A stretch of 64,000 bases of DNA from Nocardioides sp. GTDB taxonomy: Bacteria > Actinomycetota > Actinomycetes > Propionibacteriales > Nocardioidaceae. Positions 63,355 through 64,000 of this stretch are shown piece by piece. The notes under the pieces are model-generated. The model did not search any database. It was not told the origin of the DNA and worked only from the letters and a program-made list of their open reading frames with translations. The stretch is taken from contig JASGIN010000014.1 of assembly GCA_049841015.1 (NCBI GenBank), positions 517,148-581,147 of the forward strand, read 5' to 3'. The translations under genes and the position numbers were made by a program. Positions within the stretch are counted from its first letter, which is position 1, and every line of letters starts with the position of its first letter.

Positions 63355-64000
63355 GCAGCTACCTGGTCAAGAACGCCTCGATCCTCGGTGGCGAGCCCAC
63401 GGACCTGCTGGTCCGCGACGGCGTCATCGCCATCGGGGAGACCGACGCGGCCGCCGAGGTCGTCGACGCCACCGGGCTCGTCGCCCTGCCGGGTCTGGTC
63501 GACCTGCACACCCATCTGAGAGAGCCGGGTCGCGAGGACGCCGAGACGGTGCTGACCGGGACCCAGGCGGCCGCGGTGGGCGGCTTCACGGCCGTGCACG
63601 CGATGGCCAACACCGACCCCGTCGCCGACACGGCGGGAGTCGTCGAGCAGGTGTGGCGGCTGGGCCGCGAGGCCGGCTACTGCGACGTGTACCCCGTCGG
63701 GGCGGTCACCGTGGGCCTGGCGGGTCAGCAGCTCGCCGAGCTGGGTGCGATGGCCGACTCGGCGGCGCGGGTGCGCGTCTTCTCCGACGACGGCCACTGC
63801 GTGAGCGACGCCGTGCTGATGCGCCGGGCGCTGGAGTACGTCAAGGCCTTCGACGGGGTCGTCGCCCAGCACGCGCAGGAGCCGCGGCTGACCGAGGGCG
63901 CCCAGATGAACGAGGGCGAGCTCTCCGGACGGCTCGGTCTGGCCGGATGGCCCGCCGTGGCTGAAGAGGCCGTGATCGCCCGTGACTGCCTGCTCGCCGC
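63351..64000 (+). CDS. pyrC: Dihydroorotase (3' end truncated by the window edge)
   Basis: [36 protein letters not shown]. Follows pyrB. Confidence 0.95.

Overview
High-GC actinobacterial chromosome. Nocardioidaceae (Nocardioides/Marmoricola-like) is my inference from gene content and intergenic style. Most of the window is the conserved backbone thrS-HIT-pgsA-pdxS/pdxT-yebC-ruvCAB-yajC-secDF-apt-rel-DUF349-hisS-aspS-rarA-alaS-ruvX-mltG-aroE-prepilin peptidase-aroCKBQ-efp-nusB-pyrRBC. Accessory material: (1) an organic/sugar-acid catabolic operon with a convergent GntR gene (1-7.3 kb); (2) a MarR/MFS pair and an SDR; (3) a small-gene island with a 6C RNA and two small membrane proteins (10.1-10.7 kb); (4) a four-gene, translationally coupled SipW-type signal peptidase locus between pdxS and pdxT, with two TasA-like subunits and a LamG-bearing subunit (17.7-21.2 kb). 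Locus 4 is my best candidate for an undescribed surface-fibre system; (5) three copies of a 65-90 bp palindromic repeat, two of them bracketing a PD-(D/E)xK/DUF559-like nuclease gene (31.4-32.7 kb); (6) a BldK-type peptide ABC transporter. Several core genes carry indels (ruvC, aroC, aroK, aroB), most densely at 53.0-55.6 kb. This looks like consensus error, so every frameshift call here is provisional. Family assignments come from motif recognition by eye, not from database searches.
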